Shown here piece by piece: positions 55,590 to 64,000 of a DNA stretch of 64,000 bases (its first letter is position 1; every line of letters begins with the position of its first letter). The position numbers and the translations under genes were made by a program. The notes under the pieces were generated by a model that saw only the letters and a program-made list of their open reading frames with translations, was not told where the DNA came from and did not search any database. Source of the stretch: a virus; IMG/VR virus record IMGVR_UViG_3300020054_000866, positions 45,823 through 109,822 of that record, one strand, 5' to 3'.

Positions 55590-56147
55590 TCAGTTGACGA
55601 CGGTCACGTTGCAGTCATCCGCAAACAGAGACTCAAGTGTCTCCATCGTGATGACCCCTTCGCCGTCAAGACCCTCGTCGGATTGGTACTGAGCGACAGC
55701 CGCAAGGGTGAGGTCTCCATACCAACCGTCCTTGTCAGTGTACGCGTCGGGGTAGCCGAGCTCGGTCAGGCGACGCTGGACGTGGTGAATTGACAGCGAC
55801 TTCTTCGCGGCCTTGTTCTTGAAGACGCAAGCCGCAAGTGACACGTTGTCAGTTTCGTTGCCACTGACTGCTGCGCCACCCGGCGATGGGTCGCGTCGTT
55901 TCTTTGAAGCCGGCTTTGACTTTGGCTTCGGCTCTGGCTTCGGCTCTGGCTCTTCCGCGGCAGCGACAACAGCAGTCTCTCCTACCGGGCGCTCGAACTT
56001 GGTGCCGTCCTGCACCTTGCCATCGCCATCGCCATCTGTGGCGTCTGGGTTGTAGCCATCGCCGATTGGGCGCTCGAACTCTGTCCCTTCCTGGACTACT
56101 CCGTCGCCGTCGCCGTCTTTGGCGTCTGGGTTGAACTCTGTGCTCAT
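55590..56147 (-). CDS. Peptidoglycan-binding domain protein with two N-terminal DGDGDG repeats
   Basis: VQRRL..LGY....DGWYG..T.AAV..YQ...GL...G; NPDA.DGDGDG.VQ.GT.FERP x2; SD aaggaag. Confidence 0.8.
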   Translation of the reverse strand: MSTEFNPDAKDGDGDGVVQEGTEFERPIGDGYNPDATDGDGDGKVQDGTKFERPVGETAVVAAAEEPEPKPEPKPKSKPASKKRRDPSPGGAAVSGNETDNVSLAACVFKNKAAKKSLSIHHVQRRLTELGYPDAYTDKDGWYGDLTLAAVAQYQSDEGLDGEGVITMETLESLFADDCNVTVVN

Positions 56148-56177
56148 GTTACACTTCCTTGTTCGGTTTGGTATCAA

Positions 56178-57599
56178 TTACCGTACTGTAAATACTCTAC
56201 CACCTCTGCCCGTTGACGACTGCCCTCCACGGAACGCTGGCAGTCTTCTTGACGCGACAGACTTGGCAGTGATCGTGCCTCCGACAAAACCTTTCGGCGG
56301 TTTGATGAGCAGCGCGGTGAGCGCGTGTACGAGCGCGTCGATTCTGTCTGGCGACTTCCCCTCGCCGGGAATCCACGCGATCATCTGCGACTCGAGCTCC
56401 GGAAGGTAGTTGATGTGGTGGACTCGGTTCTGTTCGTACGCGAGCGTAACTGGTTCGGCGCGAAGCGCCTTGCCATGTTTCGAGTGTACCTCGAGAACCT
56501 TGATCGACGGGTCGATTGCGAGGATGGCGTTCGTGACAAGGGCGCCGCCCTGGTTGACTTCTGCCACGACAGGGCACGAGTACTTTCGCGCCATCTCGAC
56601 GACCTTGTTCGCCCATTGCTCAGGTGAGCCGTGGATACTTGCGTCCTCGAGAACCCACGCGTTGCGTTTGTACAGATCTCGCTCGCCTGTCGACGCGCAG
56701 ACGACAATCCCGCACTCGTCTCTTGGGTTCTCGGCGACTGACGGGTCGACACCAACTACTCTGAGTGGCGCCGAGTGCGGGAACCCGGTTTCTCTCGATC
56801 GTTCGATGAGTTCATCTGTCCAGAGCGCGCCTTCGACGTCGGAGAGCATCTCGCCGTAGAGCTCCTGCGCAGCAAGCCGCGTTCCAGCGTAGACACCGGT
56901 GATCGCGTCGAGATACGTCGACGAAAGGTTGCCGGCGTTGTCAAGCGTCGATCCTCTCGAGATGCGAACGTTGTAACCCTTCTCGGATTCCGCAAGCAGC
57001 GAGTACAGAACCGGCACGCGTTTCGGCGTGGTCGTGCAGATGATCTGTGGCGCCTTCCCAAGACGAGTGGCGACGCGAAGGTTGTCCCACGATGTCATTC
57101 CAGCCGCGTCCGGCGACTGCCGCCATGCCGCGATCTCGTCTGCCCAGGCGTAGTGGAACTGCGGACCACGAAGGCCGTCTGGTTCGTCCGCGGTGAAGCA
57201 CGTCGCGGTGTTTCCGTTCGGCCACGTCAGTCGTCGCTTCGACGGCTCGTACAGTGGGCGCTCGCTCGGCGGCGAGACGCTGATGATCCCAGACTCGCCC
57301 TCGACGATGACGTCACGCACGTCAGCCGCAGTACGTGCGACGAGCGCGAAACGTATTTGACCCTGCGAAGTGTCCTTCGCCTTCTCACGGACCCACTCGG
57401 CGGCTGATCGCGTCTTGCCGGCGCCTCTGCCCGCGAGGTACATCCAAATTGACCAATCGGTTCCGTCAGGCGGTAGCTGTTCGGGCCTCGCCCAGGCTCG
57501 CCAGTCCCAAACGAGCGCGTCCATGTCTACTCCGTCGAGCAGCGCGGCGCGTTCTTCGTCTGGGAGCAGGGCGAGCCGCTCCATCATGCTCTTGCCCAT
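56178..57599 (-). CDS. terL: Terminase large subunit
   Basis: AGRGAGKT, LRGPQF...WADE, TTTP, VGVDP, E.NQGG, SPDRIDA. Confidence 0.96.
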   Translation of the reverse strand: MGKSMMERLALLPDEERAALLDGVDMDALVWDWRAWARPEQLPPDGTDWSIWMYLAGRGAGKTRSAAEWVREKAKDTSQGQIRFALVARTAADVRDVIVEGESGIISVSPPSERPLYEPSKRRLTWPNGNTATCFTADEPDGLRGPQFHYAWADEIAAWRQSPDAAGMTSWDNLRVATRLGKAPQIICTTTPKRVPVLYSLLAESEKGYNVRISRGSTLDNAGNLSSTYLDAITGVYAGTRLAAQELYGEMLSDVEGALWTDELIERSRETGFPHSAPLRVVGVDPSVAENPRDECGIVVCASTGERDLYKRNAWVLEDASIHGSPEQWANKVVEMARKYSCPVVAEVNQGGALVTNAILAIDPSIKVLEVHSKHGKALRAEPVTLAYEQNRVHHINYLPELESQMIAWIPGEGKSPDRIDALVHALTALLIKPPKGFVGGTITAKSVASRRLPAFRGGQSSTGRGGRVFTVR

Positions 57600-57768
57600 G
57601 GCAAGATTGTATCACTTCTTGGTCTTCGGCTTCTTCGAACCTCGCCAAGCCCAGTGACCTGCGCCACCGACAAACTTGGTCGAAGACCCTGGAATCGGTC
57701 GGCGGATTGCTTCGTTACCCTGGTTACCTGTCATGTAGACCATAGTAACATCTTTAGTTTTGAGTTTC

Positions 57769-57993
57769 TTAGCCCTTTGCCGCTGCTTGAAGGTGCTCGA
57801 TCTCGGCTCGCAGCTCTGCGATCACCGAACGAAGCTTTTCGGACTCGGCGACAGCTCTGAGCATGTTGTCGCGATACTCTGTCGTCAAGGACTTGATGTG
57901 CTCTCGAAGATGCCGTATCTCGTCCGCTGCGTTGTGCGCCGCGTTGACTATTGCGGTTTCGGGTGGATCTGACTCGACCTCAAAGAATGTCAC
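57769..57993 (-). CDS. Hypothetical coiled-coil protein
   Basis: AADEI..LR motif; coupled. Confidence 0.65.
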   Translation of the reverse strand: MTFFEVESDPPETAIVNAAHNAADEIRHLREHIKSLTTEYRDNMLRAVAESEKLRSVIAELRAEIEHLQAAAKG

Positions 57994-58325
57994 GATGCGT
58001 CTCCTCCCCGGGCATCATCCCAAGCGTCTAGAGCGCTGTCCCAGCGGCCAGTTCTGATGCTGGCAGCAAGATGATCACCGGCATTGCGGAGTCGTTCAAT
58101 GACGAGGCGAGCATCGTCGAGTTCGTCTTCGGCGTTGGAGATGTCTTGGCTGATGCCTGCCGTTTTTGCCTGCCATTGATCACGCTCTGTGGCGAGACGC
58201 TCGATCTCGTCGGCAGCGTCGTCGAACAGTGAACCGGACAGCATCGTCACAGTCGCTTCGCCCTGAGACTCATCAACGACCCGAGCCATGGTTCTCAAGT
58301 CTTCTACGATGTTTCTGTCACTCAT
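57990..58325 (-). CDS. Hypothetical protein (IVEDLR...AADEIERL)
   Basis: ATG overlaps upstream TGA. Confidence 0.65.
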   Translation of the reverse strand: MSDRNIVEDLRTMARVVDESQGEATVTMLSGSLFDDAADEIERLATERDQWQAKTAGISQDISNAEDELDDARLVIERLRNAGDHLAASIRTGRWDSALDAWDDARGGDAS

Positions 58326-58798
58326 CAGCCGGCAAGAGCTTCGATCTGTCCGAAGTGCTCTGGGCAGACGTAGCGAACTACATGCCGCATCCAAAGTCCG
58401 ATGCTTTCGTTGAGCGTCGGGTCTACTTCGGACACCATCAGCATGACCTCGACGAGAAGCCTGTCGATCGCGAACCCCTGATCAAGCGAATCACAAATGC
58501 CGGCGGCGAGGTTGATGAGAACGTCATCCGTATAGCTGTAGTACCACAGAGGCGTGTCTTCTCTGACCATGTCAAGGTAGACGTCTGGTTGGTACCCGTT
58601 CATCGGCGGCTCTTCGTACGGAGCCAGAGTCGGGCGCGTTTCAGAGGTTGGCACCTCGGCAGTAGTTGTCGGAGGCACAGTCGTGTCCGCTGGCTCTTCT
58701 GCCGCGGGTGGCGTCGTAGTTGTTGCTTCGACGTACACGATCCTCTCTCCGCCGCAGGCGGCCAAAAAGATAATCGGTAGAAGAATTGTCTTTTTCAT
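58325..58798 (-). CDS. Lipoprotein, DUF732-like
   Basis: MKK + hydrophobic + lipobox LAAC; Pro/Thr linker; A..IC..LDQG...YVCPEH. Confidence 0.8.
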   Translation of the reverse strand: MKKTILLPIIFLAACGGERIVYVEATTTTPPAAEEPADTTVPPTTTAEVPTSETRPTLAPYEEPPMNGYQPDVYLDMVREDTPLWYYSYTDDVLINLAAGICDSLDQGFAIDRLLVEVMLMVSEVDPTLNESIGLWMRHVVRYVCPEHFGQIEALAG

Positions 58799-58993
58799 TG
58801 TCGTTTCCCTTCGCTGCAGCGTCGTACAGCCATCATACACGTGTGACCGGCAGAACCCTAGACACACTTGTGCTTTCTGTGCCACTTCTCGACGTGCGCC
58901 CACGTCGACCAGCGAAATGACTTTCTTCCGCAGATCGTGCACTGCCCTCTGCGATTCGGTGAGCCTGGCTCGATTTCGACGAGCGTTCGAGCG

Positions 58994-59368
58994 TCACTTG
59001 CTTCTTCCGTGTGATCTGTTCGCATTTCTCAAGTTCTTCTGTCGTGTGATGTCTTTTATTCCACGCCAGGGCTCGTCTAACGGTGTAGACAACCCTGCCG
59101 CACGAGCGTGAAGGCACTCGATCATGAGGATGCCACGCGGTGTGATTTCGTACGCAGATGTCTCGTCATTCCGCGTGGCTAGACCTTCGTCTACAAACTT
59201 CTTCAAGACGATTGTCACTCGGCGATTCTCGAGGTCTCTCGGATTGAACGCGGTGATCTCGTCTACGGTCATCGACTTTCTCGCTGACTTCAAGACCGTG
59301 AGAATGAAGTACGGCTTGCCATGCAGAGTAAGCGGGAACGGCTCGACGAGGCGTGCTGACTTTGCCAT
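58994..59368 (-). CDS. Winged-helix DNA-binding protein
   Basis: IL.VL....MTVDEI...L.KFV.EGL......YEITPRG. Confidence 0.65.
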   Translation of the reverse strand: MAKSARLVEPFPLTLHGKPYFILTVLKSARKSMTVDEITAFNPRDLENRRVTIVLKKFVDEGLATRNDETSAYEITPRGILMIECLHARAAGLSTPLDEPWRGIKDITRQKNLRNANRSHGRSK

Positions 59369-59377
59369 CGAAGTCTC

Positions 59378-59629
59378 CTAGGTTCTTTTGTGTTGGTCGT
59401 CGATTGCAAGGCTGAATCCGCAGTGAGGGCACACTCGGCGCTCACCGTCGTCGACAGTTTCCATGTCCATGAGGCACTTGCCGCAGATCAGAACTCGACC
59501 CTTCCAACGCTCTTTCTTGGGAACGTAGCGCGTGGCGTGTTCAAGTGTCAGATGCGCAGCGTGCTCCGTCGCTCGCTCGAAGCCTTTGCCACAGCGCCGG
59601 CAAACATGCTTGAGCTTCGACTTCGCCAT
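59378..59629 (-). CDS. C2H2 zinc finger plus zinc ribbon protein
   Basis: CRRCGKGF.....HAAHLTLEH; CGKC...CPHCG. Confidence 0.7.
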   Translation of the reverse strand: MAKSKLKHVCRRCGKGFERATEHAAHLTLEHATRYVPKKERWKGRVLICGKCLMDMETVDDGERRVCPHCGFSLAIDDQHKRT

Positions 59630-59630
59630 C

Positions 59631-59975
59631 TCAGTACAGCGACGCGACCTTGTGCGTGTCTGAGACATCGAGCATGGTGCTCCAGACGCCTCCGCATGCT
59701 GCCGCCCACTGCTTTCCTCGAGAAACCTTGACGCGGTCCTTGAAGTTCGAGTAGTTGAGCGTGTCGACCTGCCCTGCAAGCCACTCCGCGTACGTCCCGG
59801 GCGACACGAACACTCGGTGCTCGTAGTCACGATGAGGCGTCGAGATGATCTCAGTTTCCTCGAGATTCGCGATGGACTCCAATGAACGCACGTCTCGAGC
59901 GCGAACCGTAAGCTTCCCATCGTCGCGATTGTGATTGACGACGCTTACAAAACCTTCTTGGGTGAACACCCACAT
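59631..59975 (-). CDS. Conserved phage hypothetical protein (MW.FT..GFVS.V...VRAR...DY..R...YSNFK)
   Basis: Recognisable widespread phage motif pattern; SD ggagga. Confidence 0.8.
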   Translation of the reverse strand: MWVFTQEGFVSVVNHNRDDGKLTVRARDVRSLESIANLEETEIISTPHRDYEHRVFVSPGTYAEWLAGQVDTLNYSNFKDRVKVSRGKQWAAACGGVWSTMLDVSDTHKVASLY

Positions 59976-60045
59976 ACCTATCCTCCGTCATTTTGTCATT
60001 TGGTTTGTTAGTTGTAGTGGGCTGGTGCCACTATACAGTCTTTAG

Positions 60046-60264
60046 TTATTCAGCCGGCGTCTCGTCATCGAGCGCGACATTCGACTTCTTCACTTGCTCG
60101 AGGATGTCACTCGGCAGATCAGAAAACGCCATCGGCGTCACCTCAACGTTGCCGTATTCCTCCATCATGCTCCTCGAGAACATTCGGTGCATGCCGGGCA
60201 TCGCGTACGACTCGAGACGCCTTCCGTCGGAGTCGAACGCGACAATTTTGTAGATTTCGGCCAT
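60046..60264 (-). CDS. Hypothetical protein
   Basis: SD aaggaga and upstream TACAAT box. Confidence 0.7.
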   Translation of the reverse strand: MAEIYKIVAFDSDGRRLESYAMPGMHRMFSRSMMEEYGNVEVTPMAFSDLPSDILEQVKKSNVALDDETPAE

Positions 60265-60474
60265 TTCTGTCTCCTTACGCCGTAGCTAGGTTCATTGTAT
60301 CATTGCTTTGGCGCAAGAATCGCGAGAATGATACCGTAGAGCCCAAGCGACACGACGAGCTCAGTGCTTGCACCCGCCGCTGCGGCCGCGACAGACATCG
60401 CGCCTGCCGCAGTCGCAACGACGGCAGTCCAGACTACGTCTCGCAGTCTTGAGACCCAGTCGGGACGTCGCATG

Positions 60475-60855
60475 TCAGGAAGCGCTCTTCCGAGTGCGCC
60501 CCTTGAGCCGAGCGGAGGGGTCGCGCAGTTCGACACCAGCCTCGCGAACAAGCCGGCGAGCCTTGGCGTACGAAACACCGAGGTTCTTGCCAACGGCGTC
60601 GATGCTGAGGCCGGAGGTGTAGAGTCGTCCGGCGGTAGCCGCGTCGGTAACAGCCGGCGTGCTGTCTGAAATGAGGTTCTTCTCGTCTCGAAGCGTGCTC
60701 ATCGGGTCGACGGCGATAGTTTCAGCCGCAGTCGTAGTTGTAGTGTCTGTGTTGTTCATTTTCTGCCTCTTTTTGTCTTGTTGTATGTTCTGAAGCTCGG
60801 TTCTTGATCTTTCGATCAATGATCGTGCTTCGTTTAGTAGTGACTTTTCGCTCAT
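60475..60855 (-). CDS. HTH DNA-binding protein
   Basis: LY.SGLSI.AVG..LGVSY..ARR...EAGV.LR; start could be 60759. Confidence 0.75.
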   Translation of the reverse strand: MSEKSLLNEARSLIERSRTELQNIQQDKKRQKMNNTDTTTTTAAETIAVDPMSTLRDEKNLISDSTPAVTDAATAGRLYTSGLSIDAVGKNLGVSYAKARRLVREAGVELRDPSARLKGRTRKSAS

Positions 60856-61010
60856 AGCAGATCGTCGAGTTGATTCAAACGCCTGTAGACGCGATCCATC
60901 TCGGATTGCAAGCGATTGCTTCGAGAAAGCTCCTCGTCGTACCGTAGCTGTAGCTGAGCGACCTGCCACTCGAGTTGAAGTATTCTCTCTTCATCGCTTA
61001 CGTCTTTCAT
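60852..61010 (-). CDS. Small coiled-coil protein
   Basis: MKDVSDEERILQLE...; TATAAT upstream. Confidence 0.55.
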   Translation of the reverse strand: MKDVSDEERILQLEWQVAQLQLRYDEELSRSNRLQSEMDRVYRRLNQLDDLL

Positions 61011-61238
61011 ATTGTCTTTTTCATTATACAGATCTTGGTTGTCGATTAGAACATCAGGGCTGTGACCTACGGAAAGACTCGACGACGTTCTGAGACGGCG
61101 AAACAACTCCAAGAAGCGTGGCTGGCTGTTCTTTCTCATGCTTATCAATTCTTATCGACATTCTCCAAGCGACAACCGCGATGATTGTCGACAGTGCCGT
61201 CAGCGCGAAGCACGCCAGTGTCACGACGCCGGCGCGTT

Positions 61239-61421
61239 TCACCTCTGGACCTCTGACATTTCCCGCAAATGATGCTTGCGTTCGTTGTCGCACGTCGGGA
61301 TCGCAGTAAGCGCGAGGTACGTAGTGATGCGATTCCCGCATGCCGGGCACTTCCAAACGTGCTCACCTCGTTTCACGACGGGCTCCCTTCTCTTCGACTT
61401 GGTTGCTTGTTGCTTCGCCAT
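61239..61421 (-). CDS. Small zinc-binding protein
   Basis: WKCPAC....PTC...H. Confidence 0.55.
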   Translation of the reverse strand: MAKQQATKSKRREPVVKRGEHVWKCPACGNRITTYLALTAIPTCDNERKHHLREMSEVQR

Positions 61422-61435
61422 AGCGAAAGACAATA

Positions 61436-61702
61436 TTACATAGACTCTTGCTTCTGAGTTGACTTTCTGTCATTTCTCAGGGTTTTTCTGATCTGCCGCT
61501 TGATTTTTTCGCGCTGGTTCGTTGTAAGTCCGGCCCAGACGCCAAGGTCCGTGTGTTTCATCGCGTGCTCGTAGCACTTTTCTCTTGCACTACACGACTG
61601 GCAGATCTTTCTGGCTCTTTCTACTGTCTTTTTCGACGTTTCGTTGAAAAATAGCTCTGATTTTCCCGAGCAGGGTGCGTTTTTCATCCATGACGGCGTC
61701 AC
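61436..61702 (-). CDS. whiB: WhiB family transcription factor
   Basis: W...APC...LFF...CQSC..R.KC...GVWAG.T..QR. Confidence 0.88.
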   Translation of the reverse strand: MTPSWMKNAPCSGKSELFFNETSKKTVERARKICQSCSAREKCYEHAMKHTDLGVWAGLTTNQREKIKRQIRKTLRNDRKSTQKQESM

Positions 61703-61710
61703 TGTGTCTC

Positions 61711-62301
61711 CTAGGGTGCTATGGTCTGAGAGATTACCTGTGATGGTAGCCTTGAACCTGTGTCAAGTTTTGTTGCTATTTCAATAGCTCTCTGAACATA
61801 CTCTACCGCGAGCACGTCTGAGAGAAAGTTCGGATTGTAGTCGCATAGAGCGTTCATCGCGCCGATCGCATAGTCTCCGCCGCTGCCGGCGCTATAGAAC
61901 CCATATCTGTCTCGAGTCCAAGCGTAGTCTTCGTCTACCGCGTAGATCACGCCGCGAACTGAGATGATGAGCGACGACCCGTGAGCTGCTTGCTCTTTGT
62001 CGCTCTTTGTCGCGTATCCGTGGGACTCAAAGCACTCGCGGAGGGCAGGTATGAACTTCGACGTGAAAAACGAATCCAAGTCTGCGCCAAAGACTTTCGG
62101 CGGCTTTGGCGGATCAAAAGCGTGACAAACGATGTTGATCGCACGAAGATCGCCGGCAGTCGCCATGACATAGCCTGACTTTTCGGTCATCTTCGAGACA
62201 CCAGGCGCGAGGCTGTATGCTCTGCCGTTGTCGTCGGACACGAGCGAATCGCAGCCAACAACTGACCAGGTGTCGCCTTGAACCGCGAGAATTGTCGTCA
62301 C
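61711..62301 (-). CDS. Ntn-hydrolase peptidase, HslV/proteasome-beta-like
   Basis: GTG start giving (M)TTILAV, GCDS, K, AGD, AGSGG.YA.GAM, LD..S. Confidence 0.8.
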   Translation of the reverse strand: MTTILAVQGDTWSVVGCDSLVSDDNGRAYSLAPGVSKMTEKSGYVMATAGDLRAINIVCHAFDPPKPPKVFGADLDSFFTSKFIPALRECFESHGYATKSDKEQAAHGSSLIISVRGVIYAVDEDYAWTRDRYGFYSAGSGGDYAIGAMNALCDYNPNFLSDVLAVEYVQRAIEIATKLDTGSRLPSQVISQTIAP

Positions 62302-62308
62302 ATCGGTA

Positions 62309-62638
62309 CTATACCTTGTCAATGATCGACAGCGGCACCTTCACCTCGACGCCATGCGAGATTCCGTTCTCATCGACTGACGAAAACCTTCCGACCGGCC
62401 TGTCAAATCGCATGAGAAGCTTTGTTCGCGCTTTGCCGACAATTGTCCCGAGCTCGCCGTGAATATACGCCGGCGACGCCTTAGTGTTCACGCGTACGCG
62501 GTCTCCGATCAGATAGTCGTCGACTTTCGCGGTCACGCGAATCTTTTCTCGTCTCTCGGCGACCGCGTTGTCAATGTTGAAAAGATCTCCGTCAAGCCGG
62601 CCGCTCTCAATTGCTTTCAATACTTCTTCTGCGTCCAT
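62309..62638 (-). CDS. Hypothetical protein, SH3/KOW-like C-terminus
   Basis: IGDRVRV....P.Y..GELGT. Confidence 0.65.
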   Translation of the reverse strand: MDAEEVLKAIESGRLDGDLFNIDNAVAERREKIRVTAKVDDYLIGDRVRVNTKASPAYIHGELGTIVGKARTKLLMRFDRPVGRFSSVDENGISHGVEVKVPLSIIDKV

Positions 62639-62674
62639 ACGTCGCTCCAGTGTTGTGTTGTGTTGTGTTGTTGC

Positions 62675-63202
62675 TTACGCGACAAGAACTATCTCGTCGC
62701 GGAGGCGCTTTGTTGCTCTGTGAAGAGCTACTCGAACGGCTGCGTCACTCATTTGCAGCTTTGCTGAGATCTCCTTTGACGAAAGCTCCCAAGCGTACCG
62801 CAACGAGACGATTTCACGCGATCTGTCGTCAAGCACTTCGAAAGCTTTCCTGAGAGCTTCTACGTTTGCTCGGTAGTCGTCATTCTCGAATGCGTAGACG
62901 TCTTCGCAAGACAGTTTGCCGTTGAACGCGAAGGAAAAGTTTTCTGGGTCGCAGGGCTCAGTCTTTCTCGCGGAATTTCTGCGATGCTCGTCCATGACTG
63001 CCGCGTGCGCGATCACGAGAGCAAGCGATCGAAGACCGCTGGTCCCGCCGTAGACTGAGTCTCGAGCAAGCAGCTTAGAGAAAGTCATCGAGACGATCTC
63101 GTCTGGGTCGCTCGACCCCTTCTTTGTCGCGTACGACGCGATCATCTTCTTGAACGATCGGTACTCTTTTTCGAGAGTTGAAGCTACGTTTGTCGTTGTC
63201 AT
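62675..63202 (-). CDS. ECF-type RNA polymerase sigma factor
   Basis: Region 2 DEIVS.TF.KL...IA..A.MD..R; region 4 REIV.LRY..ELS..EI...L.MS..AVRV.LHRA..RLR. Confidence 0.85.
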   Translation of the reverse strand: MTTTNVASTLEKEYRSFKKMIASYATKKGSSDPDEIVSMTFSKLLARDSVYGGTSGLRSLALVIAHAAVMDEHRRNSARKTEPCDPENFSFAFNGKLSCEDVYAFENDDYRANVEALRKAFEVLDDRSREIVSLRYAWELSSKEISAKLQMSDAAVRVALHRATKRLRDEIVLVA

Positions 63203-63335
63203 TCGCGTCAGTGAAGAATGAAGATGCTCGTCAGTAGAGTGGCCACCCCCGCTGCCAAGCAACTAAGCGCAAACCACCAGCCAACATCATCGGCGTTTTT
63301 GTTCATGAAGATATTATAATGTCTTTAGAAAGACA

Positions 63336-63677
63336 TCAGGCCCAAGACGGCAGAGGAAGCGTCACGATCTTTCCGTAAATTTTGTCGCGCGCTTCGTTGA
63401 TGATCGCCCTGTCCAGCGCCTCGAAGTACTCGATCGCGGGCTCAAACGATCCCAGCCCGCGGTGCTTTGCCCAGTCTTTGAACTCCTCGAGTGCTTCGTC
63501 AAATGAGCTACACGGCTGACGGAAGTTGATTCGGACTTTTCGCAGCACGCGCGGCGAGTTGTTGCCTGTCATTTGTATTTCGAGCCACCACTTGTTGTCG
63601 CTCGAGCACTCGGCATTGACGAGAGGCGACATAATCGTCACGTCAATCTCGATGGTCGGGGTCGCTGTCGTTGTCAT
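63336..63677 (-). CDS. Hypothetical protein
   Basis: TAAGAT 6 nt before ATG. Confidence 0.65.
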   Translation of the reverse strand: MTTTATPTIEIDVTIMSPLVNAECSSDNKWWLEIQMTGNNSPRVLRKVRINFRQPCSSFDEALEEFKDWAKHRGLGSFEPAIEYFEALDRAIINEARDKIYGKIVTLPLPSWA

Positions 63678-63700
63678 GAGGTCATCTTACTTTCTTTAGA

Positions 63701-63901
63701 TCAAGCACGTTCTTCTGCGCTGAGCCGCTTGACCTGCTCTTTTTCCGCGGAGGTGACGTACGACGACTTCATCGCGGATTTCATCGCCCGGAGATGGCTT
63801 TCGTGATGATACAGCCGCGCCACGGCGTATTCGCTTGCGAACGACCGCGGCCATCCGGTTCTCTCAACGATGTTGTCAATAACTTCGCTGTACTTGCCCA
63901 T
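63701..63901 (-). CDS. Hypothetical protein
   Basis: TACAAT 6 nt before ATG. Confidence 0.65.
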   Translation of the reverse strand: MGKYSEVIDNIVERTGWPRSFASEYAVARLYHHESHLRAMKSAMKSSYVTSAEKEQVKRLSAEERA

Positions 63902-64000
63902 GCCTACATTGTATCTTCTTTAGTTAGTAGATTTCAAACCCGCCGGAATGAACTAAGAAGTCTGCGAACTCCGCGATGTCGACAGTGCTTAGCCGGTGGC

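Larger units (their letters stand above)
1..64000. mobile_element. Segment of a tailed phage genome (Caudoviricetes, siphovirus-like actinophage)
   Basis: Terminase, portal, protease, capsid, tail tube, tape measure and a phage replication module; no host housekeeping genes or att/integrase in the window. Confidence 0.97.

Noticed and set aside
55990-56135. DGDGD read as RNA polymerase catalytic motif
   Set aside because: Short duplicated loop in a small protein; fits a Dx[DN]xDG calcium-type loop better
1-64000. Prophage status, alternative genetic code or diversity-generating retroelement
   Set aside because: No integrase or host flanks; standard code gives dense intact ORFs; no reverse transcriptase or TR/VR pair seen

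Overview
64 kb of a tailed dsDNA bacteriophage (siphovirus-like, probably lytic; no integrase or repressor seen). Its host is almost certainly an Actinomycetota member: two WhiB genes, an MSMEG_6728-type glycosylase, a DUF732-like lipoprotein, many leaderless-type promoters, and head genes resembling mycobacteriophage cluster B. Bases 1-15.9 kb (+ strand) are a nucleotide-metabolism/replication operon: PolA, SNF2 helicase, Cas4-like nuclease, Sak4-like ATPase, SSB, RuvC-like resolvase. This operon embeds an apparent cytosine-modification pathway: a thymidylate-synthase homologue with the dCMP-type Asp, an NMP kinase fused to a UDG-like domain, a dCTPase-like pyrophosphatase, two tandem glycosyltransferase-like paralogues, and a Dcm-like enzyme whose SAM pocket is remodelled (motif X GNAV->GKAV). 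Bases 16-57.6 kb (- strand) are the virion module: terminase, portal, protease, capsid hexamer/pentamer-like pair, adaptor, tail tube, frameshifted chaperones and tape measure. It includes a 5188-aa polyvalent protein (WYL-like, several ADP-ribosyltransferase-like domains, kinase, DEDDh exonuclease, UvrD helicase, NUDIX) that shares putative processing/targeting motifs with the head proteins. Bases 57.7-64 kb (- strand) hold small early/regulatory genes (ECF sigma, HslV/proteasome-beta-like peptidase, WhiB, HTHs). All assignments come from reading motifs by eye; no database searches were run, and sub-gene domain coordinates are approximate.
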